Shown here in pieces: positions 1 to 9,905 of a stretch of 64,000 nucleotides of DNA. Each line of letters starts with the position of its first letter. Positions within the stretch are counted from its first letter, which is position 1. The DNA comes from Thermoplasmata archaeon (GTDB taxonomy: Archaea > Thermoplasmatota > Thermoplasmata > Lutacidiplasmatales > UBA184). The translations under genes and the position numbers were made by a program. The stretch is from NCBI GenBank assembly GCA_050749685.1, contig JBOGRS010000002.1, positions 3,881 through 67,880 of the forward strand. The letters run 5' to 3'. The notes below the pieces were generated by a model that ran no database searches, was not told the DNA's origin, and saw nothing but the letters and a program-made list of their open reading frames with translations.

Positions 1-323
1 TCGACCCGGGCGTCCCGGATCGGCTTGCCCACCTCGATCGCGATCGTCTGGGCCATCGGCTCCCGGTCCGCCGCCAAGCGGTCGGAAAGCTCGCGCAAGC
101 GCCGTGCGCGGTCGTGGCCGTTCGTCTCGCCCCACGACGTCTCCGACGCCGCGGCCGCGTCGACGGCTGCCCGGGCATCTTCCGCGCCGCCGACGGCGAC
201 CTCCCCGCGGACACGCCCCGTGGACGGGTCGAAGAGGGGAGCGTAGGTCCCGGTCGAGGGCTCGACCGGGCGACCCGCGATGTAGAGGAGGGCGCGGCGC
301 CCCCGTGGCGCTCCTTCGGTCAT
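1..323 (-). CDS. aldehyde dehydrogenase family protein, N-terminal part only (gene runs off the left edge of the window)
   Basis: Minus-strand ATG at 323. Translation MTEGAPRGRRALLYIAGRPVEPSTGTYAPLFDPSTGRVRGEV...IAIEVGKPIRDA looks like an ALDH N-terminus. GC-rich third codon positions. Lies in tandem with the next ALDH. Confidence 0.65.
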   Translation of the reverse strand, partial: MTEGAPRGRRALLYIAGRPVEPSTGTYAPLFDPSTGRVRGEVAVGGAEDARAAVDAAAASETSWGETNGHDRARRLRELSDRLAADREPMAQTIAIEVGKPIRDARV

Positions 324-353
324 CTCGAACCTTGCGCCCCGGACGTGCTTCGG

Positions 354-1847
354 CTAGGCCGGGTCGCCGTAGACCGTGTAGTGCCAGCTCTTGCGCGCCT
401 GCCCGGTGAGGTCGAGGTAGATGTTCTTCGTCACGGTGTAATCGTAAAGGGAGTCGGTCCCGAGGTCCTTCCCGAAGCCGGACTGCTTCCTCCCGCCGTG
501 CGGGGTCTCCGACCCGAGCGGAAGGTGGTCGTTCACCCATACGTCCCCGAATCGAAGGGCGTTCGCTCCGCGCAGCGCGGTGCGGACGTCCGTCGTCCAG
601 AGACTCCCCGCGAGGCCGTAGTCAACGCCGTTGGCGATCTCGATCGCCTCATCGAACGTGCGGAACGTGAGGACGTCCAGGACCGGGCCGAAGATCTCCT
701 TCTGGGCGACCGCCATGTCCGGCGTGACCTCGTCGAGGACGGTCGGCGCCACGAACGCTCCCCCCTTCACCGTCGGGCGGCCGTCGGTCCCGCCGACGCG
801 CAGCTTCGCGCCCTCCTCGACGCCCGTCCGCACGAAGTCGAGGACGCGCCGCTGCTGGGTCGCATGGACGAGCGGACCGAGGTCCGTCGATCGCGCGAGC
901 GGGTCGCCCATCCGGATCGTCCCGATCCGGGCGAGGAGACCCTCCACGAACCGTGCGCGAACCGTCTCGTGGACGATGAGACGCGTCGCGGCGGTACAGT
1001 CCTGGCCCCCGTTCACGTACCCGGCGACGACCGCGCCTTCGATCGCCGCCGGTAGGTCGGCGTCCTCGAACACGACGAACGGTGCCTTGCCGCCGAGCTC
1101 GAGCTGCACGCGCTTCACCGTGGCGCTCGCGGATCCCATGACCGTGCGGCCGGTGGCCGTGTCGCCGGTGAGGCTCACCATGTCGACCTTCGGGTTGCGG
1201 CAGAGCTCGTCGCCGACCTCGCCCCCCGGTCCCGTGACGATGTTGAGCGCCCCCGCGGGGAGCCCGGCCTCCTGGAACGCTTTCCCGAGCTCGAGCGTCG
1301 AGAGCGGCGTCCAGCTCGCCGGTTTCAGGACGACGGTGTTCCCGACGACGAGCGCCGGTCCGATCTTCCACACCGCCATCATGAACGGGTAGTTCCACGG
1401 CGTGATGGCGCCGACGACCCCGACGGGCTCGCGGCGCAGGAGCGTCGTTCCGTCCCCCGTGAACTCGCTCGGATTGCGACTCTCCATCGTCCGGGCGGCC
1501 CCGGCGTAGAATACGAGGTTGTCGATCGCGAACGGGATGTCGGCGTCGGCCGCCTGCTTGATCGTCTTGCCCTGGTTGCGGCTCTCCAGGTCGGCGATCG
1601 CGGCGGCGCGTTCGGTGAGGATCCGTGCCGCCTTGAGGAAGACCTCGCCGCGGGAGCGCGGCGGAAGTCCCGGCCACGGTCCGCGGTCGAACGCCTCGCG
1701 GGCGGCGTCGATCGCCATGCGGGCGTCCTCCCGTCCGGCCCGGGGGACCGCCCCGACGGGCGACCCGTCGTACGGGTTCACCACGTCCTGGGTCGCTCCG
1801 CCGGCCGCGTCCACCCACGCCCCTCCCACGAACATGCGCTCCGCCAT
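354..1847 (-). CDS. NAD(P)-dependent aldehyde dehydrogenase
   Basis: ORF 354..2033 trimmed to the internal ATG at 1847 (MAERMFVGGAWVDAAG...). ALDH hallmarks are present (ELGGKAP, GQDCTA-like region). The 60-aa segment upstream of that ATG is Arg/Pro-rich junk. Confidence 0.85.
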   Translation of the reverse strand: MAERMFVGGAWVDAAGGATQDVVNPYDGSPVGAVPRAGREDARMAIDAAREAFDRGPWPGLPPRSRGEVFLKAARILTERAAAIADLESRNQGKTIKQAADADIPFAIDNLVFYAGAARTMESRNPSEFTGDGTTLLRREPVGVVGAITPWNYPFMMAVWKIGPALVVGNTVVLKPASWTPLSTLELGKAFQEAGLPAGALNIVTGPGGEVGDELCRNPKVDMVSLTGDTATGRTVMGSASATVKRVQLELGGKAPFVVFEDADLPAAIEGAVVAGYVNGGQDCTAATRLIVHETVRARFVEGLLARIGTIRMGDPLARSTDLGPLVHATQQRRVLDFVRTGVEEGAKLRVGGTDGRPTVKGGAFVAPTVLDEVTPDMAVAQKEIFGPVLDVLTFRTFDEAIEIANGVDYGLAGSLWTTDVRTALRGANALRFGDVWVNDHLPLGSETPHGGRKQSGFGKDLGTDSLYDYTVTKNIYLDLTGQARKSWHYTVYGDPA

Positions 1848-2023
1848 GCGTGATCGCCCGGCCCGGGGATGGGACCGCGGGTAAAGATGTTCGCGCCCGC
1901 TCCGCCCGGGGGCCACGTCGGTCCCGTAGGACGGGGAGGTCCGGGCAGGTCCATGCCCGCCCCCCACGCTAGGGTTTATCAAGGTCGAACCCGTCACGTT
2001 TCCCGCCCTCGGGGAGATCGTTC

Positions 2024-3889
2024 GTGGACCCAAAGTGGACCAAGGTCGTGGCGATCGTGATCGTCGTCGTCCTCGTGGGCGCGGGCATCGGCGTCTACTA
2101 CTACCTCACCCGCCCGTCCGGCTGCCACTTGAGTTCGACCGGGACGATCGTCTTCGACCAGCCCGAGGCGCCGGACTCGCTCGATCCCGCCTACACGTTC
2201 ACGACGCCCGGGTGGGCCGTCGTCCAGCAGATCTACCAGACCCTCGTGACGTACGACAACTCGAGCTGGACGACCTACGTGGGCCAGATCGCCAAGAACT
2301 GGACGGTCTCCTCGGACCAGTACCACTACAACTTCACGCTCTGGAGCGGCGAACACTTCTCGAACGGCGACACGTTGAACGCCTACACGATGTGGTTCAG
2401 CCTCTACCGCAGCCTCATCATGAACCAGGGACCGGCGTTCATCCTGGGCGAGAACTTCGGCTACCCCGGGCTCAGCTACTACTCGAACGCGAGCCAGATC
2501 GACAACGAGACGCACAACCTGACCCAGCTGCTGAACACCGGCAACTTCGCGAATCCGTCCTCGAGCCTTCTGCAGGCGATGGAGATGGACAACCAGTCCT
2601 TCCGGGTCCTGAGCCCGACCGAGATCGAGCTCAGTGTCGGGAGCGGCTACCTGGCGTCGACCTACGGCTACCTCTTCGCGACCCTCTCGGGACCGATCGC
2701 CGCGGCCGTCGACCCGGCCGTCGTCCAGGCGAACGGCGGTGTCCAGGCGGACTCCCCCAACACCTGGCTCACGACGCACGCCGTCGGGAGCGGGCCGTAC
2801 GTCCTCTCGGCGTACGACCCGAACAGCGGCGCCACGACGATCACGCCGGACCCGAACTACTGGGGTGCGGGCATCGCGAGCCAGGTCGCATGGAACAACG
2901 CGGTCCAACCGGCGAAGCAGTCCGTCCAGCTCGCGACCCAGAGCGACCCCGTCGCGACGGTCCAGGACATGAAGACCGGGGCGGTCGCGGGGGTCTCGGT
3001 CGCCTACCTCGGCCCGAGCGAGATCTCGCAGCTGAAGGGGACGTCGTGCGTGGTGGTCAACCCGCTCCCGACGGTCTACGGGTCCACGAGCGGCTCGTGG
3101 TACGTCTACATGAACCAGAGCCAGGCCCCGTTCGACAACCTCTCCGTGCGCGAGGCGGTGGTGCACGCGATCAACTATCCGCAGATCATCGACCTGGCCT
3201 TCGGAGGGTACGGCAGCTCGTGGGTGGGACCGGTGCCGCCCGGGTACCCGTACTACAATCCGGGCAACCTCTCCCCCTACGCGTACGACCTTAATCTCGC
3301 CAAGCAGGAGATGGCGAACTCGCCGTATGCCCACACCGCCCCGCCGACGGTCAACTTCATGTACATCAAGACGGGCGGGGGGGATTGGGACAGCGTCGTG
3401 ACCCTCCTCACGACGGACCTCGCCGCGATCGGGATCACGATCAACCCGGTCGGACTCTCGCTCTCGACGGTCACCGGCTCGGAGCAGACGCTCTCGAACG
3501 GCGTGTGCGGGACCGCGACCACCCAGAACGGCGGGCCCTTCCCGATGGGGATCGACTTCTACACGGCGGACTACATCTCGCCGGACGACTACACGCAGAA
3601 CATCGCCGAGGCGTACGGCAGCGCGAACCAGTGCGAGGCCGGTTACAACAACGCGACGATGGAGACGCTCATCTATGCCGCGGCGGCGTCGACCGATCCC
3701 ACGACGCTGACGAGCGACTACACCCAGATCACGAAGCTCATGTACGACAACTACACCGACGCCTGGCTCGTCGTGCCGACGAGCTTCCAGGTCTACAGCC
3801 CGCTCCTCCACGGCGTGATCGCGAACCCGATGGCGAGCGCCCTCCCGTACGCGATGTTCTACAACACCGAGACGACCACGAGCTCGTAG
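2024..3889 (+). CDS. ABC transporter substrate-binding protein (family 5, peptide/nickel type) with an N-terminal membrane anchor
   Basis: GTG start, then a hydrophobic segment VVAIVIVVVLVGAGIGV. The rest looks like a family-5 solute-binding protein. Lies convergent with the oppBCDF-like operon. Confidence 0.8.
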   Translation: MDPKWTKVVAIVIVVVLVGAGIGVYYYLTRPSGCHLSSTGTIVFDQPEAPDSLDPAYTFTTPGWAVVQQIYQTLVTYDNSSWTTYVGQIAKNWTVSSDQYHYNFTLWSGEHFSNGDTLNAYTMWFSLYRSLIMNQGPAFILGENFGYPGLSYYSNASQIDNETHNLTQLLNTGNFANPSSSLLQAMEMDNQSFRVLSPTEIELSVGSGYLASTYGYLFATLSGPIAAAVDPAVVQANGGVQADSPNTWLTTHAVGSGPYVLSAYDPNSGATTITPDPNYWGAGIASQVAWNNAVQPAKQSVQLATQSDPVATVQDMKTGAVAGVSVAYLGPSEISQLKGTSCVVVNPLPTVYGSTSGSWYVYMNQSQAPFDNLSVREAVVHAINYPQIIDLAFGGYGSSWVGPVPPGYPYYNPGNLSPYAYDLNLAKQEMANSPYAHTAPPTVNFMYIKTGGGDWDSVVTLLTTDLAAIGITINPVGLSLSTVTGSEQTLSNGVCGTATTQNGGPFPMGIDFYTADYISPDDYTQNIAEAYGSANQCEAGYNNATMETLIYAAAASTDPTTLTSDYTQITKLMYDNYTDAWLVVPTSFQVYSPLLHGVIANPMASALPYAMFYNTETTTSS

Positions 3890-3900
3890 GTGGAACGCCG

Positions 3901-4947
3901 CTATCCGGGCGCCGACACCTCCGACGCGAGGAGGGTCGACGGCGCGATCTCGGCGACCTCCTCGGCGCGGTGGCAGGCGGCCTCCTGCTCCGGGCGGCCC
4001 GGGATCGCGCGGAGCTCGGGCTCCTCCCGGCGACATCGGTCGATCACGAACGGGCAGCGGCCGGCGAAGCGGCAGCCGGTGGGACGCTCGACGAGCGTGG
4101 GGATCTCCCCCGTGACCCGATAGCGCGCGCGGCGCCGCCGCACGTCGGGTACGGGAAGCGCGGCGAGGAGCGCCTTGGTGTACGGGTGCACGGGATGCTC
4201 GAGGAGCGCATGGACCGGGCCCACCTCGGCCACGCGTCCGAGATAGAGGACGGCGACGCGGTCCGCGACGTAGCGTACGGCGGCGACGTTGTGGGTGATG
4301 AGGAGATAGGCGTAGCCCGAATCGCGCTGCAGTTCGACGAGGCGGTTGAGGATCTGGGCCTGCACCGCGACATCGAGCGCGCTCGTCGGCTCGTCGAGCA
4401 CGATGAGCTTCGGCCCGACCGAAAGGGCCCGCGCCAGGGAGAGGCGCTGGCGTCCGCCGCCCGAGAACTCGTGGGGGTACTGGTCGAGGCAGTCCGCGGG
4501 GAGGCCCACCTGCGGGAGGATCTCCGCCACGGCCGACCTCAGCGCGCTCCCCCGCAGCGGGGTCTGCGCCCGGATCGGCTCGCTGACGATCTGCCAGACC
4601 CGAAGACGCGGGTCGAGCGAGCTCACGGGATCCTGGAAGACGACCTGGACGTTGCGCCGCCAGCGGCGCAGCGGGGCGCCGTCGAGGCGGGTGATGTCCT
4701 CGCCGTCGAACTCGAGCCGGCCGGACGTGGCGGCGTGCAGGCGCGCCACGAGCCATCCGAACGTCGTCTTGCCGGATCCCGATTCCCCGATGAGCCCGAG
4801 GGTCTCGCCCCGCCGGATCGTGAGCGAGACGCGATCCACGGCGTGGATCGCCCGCGCCTTCCGACGCCCGACCATCTCGGTGACCGTCCGCGAGATCGGG
4901 AACTCCTTCGTGAGGGCCTCGGCCGCCACGAGGGGGGGTGCGCTCAC
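3901..4947 (-). CDS. oligopeptide/dipeptide ABC transporter ATP-binding protein (OppF-like)
   Basis: Walker A GESGSGKTT, signature LSGGQ-like FSGGGRQR, Walker B LIVLDEPTSALD, and the C-terminal oligopeptide-type extension. GTG start at 4947 overlaps the oppD-like stop by 4 nt (GTGA). Confidence 0.85.
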   Translation of the reverse strand: MSAPPLVAAEALTKEFPISRTVTEMVGRRKARAIHAVDRVSLTIRRGETLGLIGESGSGKTTFGWLVARLHAATSGRLEFDGEDITRLDGAPLRRWRRNVQVVFQDPVSSLDPRLRVWQIVSEPIRAQTPLRGSALRSAVAEILPQVGLPADCLDQYPHEFSGGGRQRLSLARALSVGPKLIVLDEPTSALDVAVQAQILNRLVELQRDSGYAYLLITHNVAAVRYVADRVAVLYLGRVAEVGPVHALLEHPVHPYTKALLAALPVPDVRRRRARYRVTGEIPTLVERPTGCRFAGRCPFVIDRCRREEPELRAIPGRPEQEAACHRAEEVAEIAPSTLLASEVSAPG

Positions 4948-6092
4948 GCCCTCCCCCCCACATCGAGCGCGAAGTGGCAGGAGGCGCGGTGAGCGGGGTG
5001 CTCCCGGTCGTGGACGGCGAAGGGTGGGGCGGGGTCCGCGCCGCAGACGGGTCGCGCGATCGGGCAGCGCGGGTGGAACGTGCACCCGGCGGGAAGGCGG
5101 GAGAGGTTCGGGACCGACCCCGGGAGGGACGGGAGCGCTCCGTCCGACTTGTAGCGGTTCGGGACCGACCTCAGGAGCGCCTTCGTGTAGGGATGGTGGG
5201 GGCGCTCGAAGACGTCCTCCACCGGCCCGAACTCGACCAGGTGACCCGCGTACATCACCCCCACCTGGTCGGCGATCTCGGCGATCACCCCGAGGTCGTG
5301 GCTGATGAACAGGATCGAGGTGTCGACCTCGTCCATCAGCTCCTTCATGAGGGTGAGGACCTGGGCCTGGATCGTCACGTCGAGCGCGCTCGTCGGCTCG
5401 TCCGCGATGAGGAGCGACGGCTTCGCGCTCAGCGCCATCGCGATCATGATCCGCTGGCGCATCCCGCCCGAGAGCTCGTGCGGGTAGAGGTCGAGGATCG
5501 TCTCGGGGTCGTTGATCCGCACGAGGCGCAGGAACTCGAGGACCTCGGTGCGGAGATCGGCGCGCTTCGGGAGGGGCACCGACCGGGGGCGGCCGGGGGT
5601 CCCCGACGGAGGGGTCGGGACGAACGCGTTCACGAGGTGGGAGGCGATGTCGTGGGGCGGCCGCTCCGTGTAATCGTGCGGCTCGAGCGGCGTGAAGCGC
5701 GGCGTCCTTCCGCTCTCGCGCGCGTGGCGGATCGCCACGGCCTCGGCCACCTGGGAGAGGATCCGGTAGGCCGGGTTGAGCGAGTTGATCGGTTCCTGGA
5801 AGATCATCCCGATCTCCGTGCCGCGTACCGTCGGCATCCTCCACTTCGGAACGGTGAGGAGGTCCGTCCCGCGGTAGACGATGCGCCCTCCGAGGATGCG
5901 CGCCGGCGGCTCGGGAAGGAGGCGAGGGATCGCGTGTCCGAGGGTGCTCTTCCCGCAGCCGGTCTCGCCGACGATCCCGACGACCTCGCGCGGACGCATC
6001 TCGAAGGTCACGTCGGAGAGCGCACGGAAGCGTCCGGCGCCCACGACATACTCCGCGCTCAGGCCATCGATGCGCAGGATCGGCTCGCTCAC
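4944..6092 (-). CDS. oligopeptide/dipeptide ABC transporter ATP-binding protein (OppD-like)
   Basis: GETGCGKST Walker A, LSGGMRQR signature, LLIADEPTSALD Walker B, and the OppD-type C-terminal tail. GTG start at 6092. Confidence 0.9.
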   Translation of the reverse strand: MSEPILRIDGLSAEYVVGAGRFRALSDVTFEMRPREVVGIVGETGCGKSTLGHAIPRLLPEPPARILGGRIVYRGTDLLTVPKWRMPTVRGTEIGMIFQEPINSLNPAYRILSQVAEAVAIRHARESGRTPRFTPLEPHDYTERPPHDIASHLVNAFVPTPPSGTPGRPRSVPLPKRADLRTEVLEFLRLVRINDPETILDLYPHELSGGMRQRIMIAMALSAKPSLLIADEPTSALDVTIQAQVLTLMKELMDEVDTSILFISHDLGVIAEIADQVGVMYAGHLVEFGPVEDVFERPHHPYTKALLRSVPNRYKSDGALPSLPGSVPNLSRLPAGCTFHPRCPIARPVCGADPAPPFAVHDREHPAHRASCHFALDVGGRA

Positions 6093-7123
6093 GCTTCCGC
6101 CCCGTCGCCGATCGACGTCGGTCCGCTCGAGCCCGCGGGCATCGGCGCGGGCCCGCCCGGTTGGGCGAGGATCCGCCGGCTCCTCGGGTCGAGCAGGTCA
6201 CGCAGGCCATCGCCGAGCAGGCTGAACGCGAGGACCGTGACGAAGATCGCGAGCCCGGCGGAGCCGATCGTCCAGGGGTAGGTGAGCAGGTAGCGCTCGT
6301 AGCCCTGGACCATGTTGCCCCACTCGGGGACGGTGACCGGGACGCCGATGCCGACGTAGGAGATCGTGGAGAAGGTGACGATCACCGTCCCGACGTCGAG
6401 CGTGAAGTAGACGACGAGCGGCTCGAGGAGGTTGCGCAGGACATGCTGCACGAGGATCCGCGCGTCGGTGACCCCGGCGGCGCGCGCTGCCGTCACGTAG
6501 CCGAGCGGTTTCACCGCCAGGACCTCGCCGCGCGTGAGCCGGACGTAGTAGGGCCACCACGTGATCATGATCGCGGCGACGGCCTGGACGGTCCCGCGAC
6601 CGAGCGCGGCCGTGAGGGCGAGCGCGAGCACGAGGCTCGGGAAGGCGAGGAAGACGTCGGTGACGCGCAGGATGACGATCGAGAGGACGCCACCGACGCT
6701 CCCCGGGCGGTCCCAGTAGCCGGCGACGAGCCCGAGGCTGCCGCCGACGAGGAGTGCCACGCCGGCGACCGAGAAGCCGATCGCGAGGTCGAGGGGGAGG
6801 GCCGCGAGGACCCGAGCGAGCATGTCCCGCCCGAGGTTGTCGGTGCCGAACGGGTGCGCGAGGCTCGGGGGCTGGCCGGCGGTGAAGTAGGCGCTAGGGG
6901 AGTACGGCAGGATCGACGCGGGAGGGCCGAAGAGGCCGGTGACCAGCGGGACGGCCTCGATGAGGAACGCGACCGCGAGGATGACGCTCACGAGGAGGAA
7001 GCCCGCGAGCGTGAGAGGGTTCGCCCGCATCACGCGCCACAGGCCGAGGGCGCGCGTCCGGACGTCCCAGCCACCTCGCGCCCGGGGCGTCGGGGGGCCG
7101 TGGGAGGACGGGCGGGGGGCCAT
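6089..7123 (-). CDS. ABC transporter permease (OppC/DppC-like)
   Basis: Multi-pass membrane protein with a binding-protein-dependent permease signature region. Its stop overlaps the oppD-like start. Confidence 0.8.
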   Translation of the reverse strand: MAPRPSSHGPPTPRARGGWDVRTRALGLWRVMRANPLTLAGFLLVSVILAVAFLIEAVPLVTGLFGPPASILPYSPSAYFTAGQPPSLAHPFGTDNLGRDMLARVLAALPLDLAIGFSVAGVALLVGGSLGLVAGYWDRPGSVGGVLSIVILRVTDVFLAFPSLVLALALTAALGRGTVQAVAAIMITWWPYYVRLTRGEVLAVKPLGYVTAARAAGVTDARILVQHVLRNLLEPLVVYFTLDVGTVIVTFSTISYVGIGVPVTVPEWGNMVQGYERYLLTYPWTIGSAGLAIFVTVLAFSLLGDGLRDLLDPRSRRILAQPGGPAPMPAGSSGPTSIGDGAEA

Positions 7124-8146
7124 CTAGCGCCACTCCACGCGCGGGTCGAGGAGGCCGTAGAGGATGTCGGCGGCCAGGTTGGCGACGACGACCCCGATCG
7201 CGAAGACGATGACCGTGCCGATCGCGAGCGAGAAATTGTAGTTCGTCACGCTGTCGTAGGCGAGCTGGCCGATCCCGTGCCACTGGAAGATCGACTCGAT
7301 GACGACGGTCCCGCTGAGGAGCGCTCCGGCGGTGACGCCCAGGACGGTCGTCGTCGTGATGAGCGAGTTGCGGAGCGCGTGCTTGTAGAGGACGAGGAAC
7401 TCCGCGAGACCTTTCATGCGTGCGGTCTTCACGTAGTCGAGCGGGAGGACCTCGAGCATCGAGGCGCGCGTCATCCGCGTCGCGATCCCCATGTTGAGCA
7501 GGGCGAGGGCCGTCGCCGGCAGGACGAGGTGCGCGAGCGCGTCGCCGACCAACCCGAGGTTCCCCGAGAGGAGGGCGTCGAGGACGCTCATGTGCGTCCA
7601 TTCGTGGATGTTGGGCGTGCCCCCCGTGAACTGGCCGGAGGTGGGGAGCCCGAGGACCGGTCCGACCACGATCGCGAGCGCGAGCGCGCCCAGGTAGGTC
7701 GGCGTCGCCCAGCCGCTCAGGTAGAAGATCCGCACGAGGTGGTCCGCGAGGCGCCCGTTCGAGTTCGCCGCGATGACCCCGAGCGGGATCCCGACGACGA
7801 TCATGAGGAAGAGCGAGGCCAGGACGAGTTCGAGCGTCGCCGGAAACGCCGCCTGGACGAGCGGGAGGACCTGCCCGCCGGACGAGCTCGTCCCCCAGTT
7901 CCCGCTGAAGAGCTGCGCGAGGTAGTCCCCGAACTGGACGTAGAGCGGGTGGTTGAGGCCGAAGTACTGGTCGCACGCGGCGACGGCGGACGGCTTCGCG
8001 TGACCGCCCAGCCACGCGGCACACGGGTCGCGGATCGAGATGTGGCTGAAGAAGAAGGTGAGCGCGATGACCCCGAGGAGGACCGGGACGAGCTGGACCA
8101 GGCGCTTTCCGATGAACAGGGCGAGGCGGGCGGGGTTCCGTGCCAC
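7124..8146 (-). CDS. ABC transporter permease (OppB/DppB-like)
   Basis: MARNPARLALFIGKRLVQLVPVLLGVIALTFF... is a typical OppB N-terminus. GTG start. First gene of the oppBCDF-like operon. Confidence 0.85.
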   Translation of the reverse strand: MARNPARLALFIGKRLVQLVPVLLGVIALTFFFSHISIRDPCAAWLGGHAKPSAVAACDQYFGLNHPLYVQFGDYLAQLFSGNWGTSSSGGQVLPLVQAAFPATLELVLASLFLMIVVGIPLGVIAANSNGRLADHLVRIFYLSGWATPTYLGALALAIVVGPVLGLPTSGQFTGGTPNIHEWTHMSVLDALLSGNLGLVGDALAHLVLPATALALLNMGIATRMTRASMLEVLPLDYVKTARMKGLAEFLVLYKHALRNSLITTTTVLGVTAGALLSGTVVIESIFQWHGIGQLAYDSVTNYNFSLAIGTVIVFAIGVVVANLAADILYGLLDPRVEWR

Positions 8147-8294
8147 GGCCGATGCAACCCTCCGCTAGCGGCCGGGGTGCTTCCCGGGTGGACCCACGTC
8201 GGTGGGAGTCCGGGAGCCTACTAATACCTAGGGTGACGCCGCCGTGCCGGCACCGGGCGACGGGACGAACCCGCGCCCGGCCCCCACCCCGGCG

Positions 8295-9905
8295 CTACGG
8301 GAGATAGTCCCGCGGCAGGGTCCTCAGTTCGAGGAACGTGGCGTGGATCGCGTCGAGGAACTGGTCGACGTCCTTCTCCGTGTGCGCGCTCGAGAAGGTG
8401 ATCCGCTCGTAGTTGTCGGGATGCGTATAGATGCCCTTGTCCAGGAGGAGCTGGTGGTTCCTCAGGTAGAAGTTCCAGTCGATCTGCAGCGATTCGCGGT
8501 AGTTCGTGATCTTCTTGCGACGCGTGAAGAAGTACTGGAGCATGCCGTTGACCGACTGGACGAGGACGCTCACCTTCGCCTCCCTCGCCGCCGTCTCGAT
8601 CCCCTTTTCCATGCGCTGGGTGAGGCGACCGAAGCGCGCGTAGAGGTCCTCGCCCCCTCGGGCGAGGAGCTTCAGGTTCGCGTGGGTCCCCGCGAGCGAG
8701 AGGTTGTTGGCGAAGTAGGTCCCTCCGAAGCTGATCCGTCCCGGGGAGATGAGGTCCATGAACTCCGCCTTCCCCGAGACCGCCGAGATGACCACCCCGC
8801 CGCCCAGCGCCTTCGCCCAGCACGAGAGGTCCGGCTCGACACCGTAGAGCTGCTGCGCCCCGCCGGGAGCGACCCGGAAGCCGGTGAACACCTCGTCGAA
8901 GATGAGCAGAAGGTCGTTCTCCCGCGTGATCTCGCGCAGACGCTTCAGGAAGTCCGGCGCCGGTGGGATGATCCCGGCGTTCGCCATGACGGGTTCCAAG
9001 ATGACGGCCGCGAGACGGTCGCGGTAGCGCTTGATCATCCGCTCCACCGACGTGATCGAGTTGTACGCCGCCACCATCACGTAGTCCGTCACCCCGGGAG
9101 GGATGCCGGCCGAGTTCGGGAGCGGACGGGGGTACTCGTCCAGGCCCGCGACGATCGGAGGGGCCTCGGCGCTGATGAGCGCGTAGTCGTGCTGACCGTG
9201 ATAGTGGCCCTCGAACTTGAGGATCCCGTCCTTCCCCGTGACCGCGCGCGCGATGCGGATCGCGTTCATCGTCGCGTCCGACCCGTTCGAGCAGAACGCG
9301 ACGCGCTCCGCGTTGGGCACGAGCTTGCGGAACTGCTTCGCGACCTCGATTTCGAGTTCGGTCGGGGACGCGAAGTGCAGGCCCAACTCGGCCTGCTGGC
9401 TCACGGCCTTGACCATGTCGGGGTGGGCGTGACCGTTGATGAGGACCCCGTAGGCCAGGTTGAAGTCGAGGTACTCGTTCCCGTCGACATCCCAGATCCG
9501 GGCGCCCTTCCCGCGCGTGATGAACGGCGGGCACGGGTCGTACGACGCGACGCGGATGAGCGAGCTCGTCGAGTTGGGGATGTACCTCTTGCCCTCCTCG
9601 AAGAGCTTTGCGCTCTTGCGCAACTTCGGGACGAGCCGGGCGATCGGGATCGGCAGCGGAGGGGGAGCTTCCGCCTCCGGCGGGGGAGGGGGGCCGCGCT
9701 CGCGCTCGGGTTCGCGCTCGACGATCCGCAACGTGGGCTCGACGTCGGTGGCGGCAGGGGCCGGGGTCGAGGGAGCGCCCTCCTCCGAGGGAACGACCGC
9801 ACCTTCCGAGGCGGAGGGGGGGGCGAAGGCCCCCGCTACGTTCGGTGCGTCCCGGGCCCTCGTCGGGGGTGGAGGGGCGGGTTCCCGTTCCGCCATGAAG
9901 AACAC
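8295..9905 (-). CDS. hemL: glutamate-1-semialdehyde 2,1-aminomutase-like class III aminotransferase with a roughly 100-aa Pro/Ala/Glu-rich N-terminal extension
   Basis: AYGVLINGHAHP, FDEVFTGFR and the PLP-lysine region WAKALGGG match the GSA-AT family. ATG at 9905 sits right next to an AT-rich promoter island. A TTG near 9640 is an alternative shorter start. Confidence 0.7.
   Translation of the reverse strand: MFFMAEREPAPPPPTRARDAPNVAGAFAPPSASEGAVVPSEEGAPSTPAPAATDVEPTLRIVEREPERERGPPPPPEAEAPPPLPIPIARLVPKLRKSAKLFEEGKRYIPNSTSSLIRVASYDPCPPFITRGKGARIWDVDGNEYLDFNLAYGVLINGHAHPDMVKAVSQQAELGLHFASPTELEIEVAKQFRKLVPNAERVAFCSNGSDATMNAIRIARAVTGKDGILKFEGHYHGQHDYALISAEAPPIVAGLDEYPRPLPNSAGIPPGVTDYVMVAAYNSITSVERMIKRYRDRLAAVILEPVMANAGIIPPAPDFLKRLREITRENDLLLIFDEVFTGFRVAPGGAQQLYGVEPDLSCWAKALGGGVVISAVSGKAEFMDLISPGRISFGGTYFANNLSLAGTHANLKLLARGGEDLYARFGRLTQRMEKGIETAAREAKVSVLVQSVNGMLQYFFTRRKKITNYRESLQIDWNFYLRNHQLLLDKGIYTHPDNYERITFSSAHTEKDVDQFLDAIHATFLELRTLPRDYLP

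Noticed and set aside
1994-4963. 989-aa minus-strand ORF, plus similar long ORFs at 11512-13941 (-), 14795-16390 (-), 17586-19262 (-), 21351-23579 (-), 24249-26492 (-), 28056-29834 (-) and 54020-56449 (-).
   Set aside because: All lie antisense to, or out of frame with, well-supported genes (binding protein/oppF, GDE, ABC-2 permease, GGR, etfBA, CoA-binding/bactofilin, ileS, hydrolase/antiporter). They are Arg/Gly/Asp/Pro-rich and low-complexity. They exist only because stop codons are rare in very GC-rich DNA.
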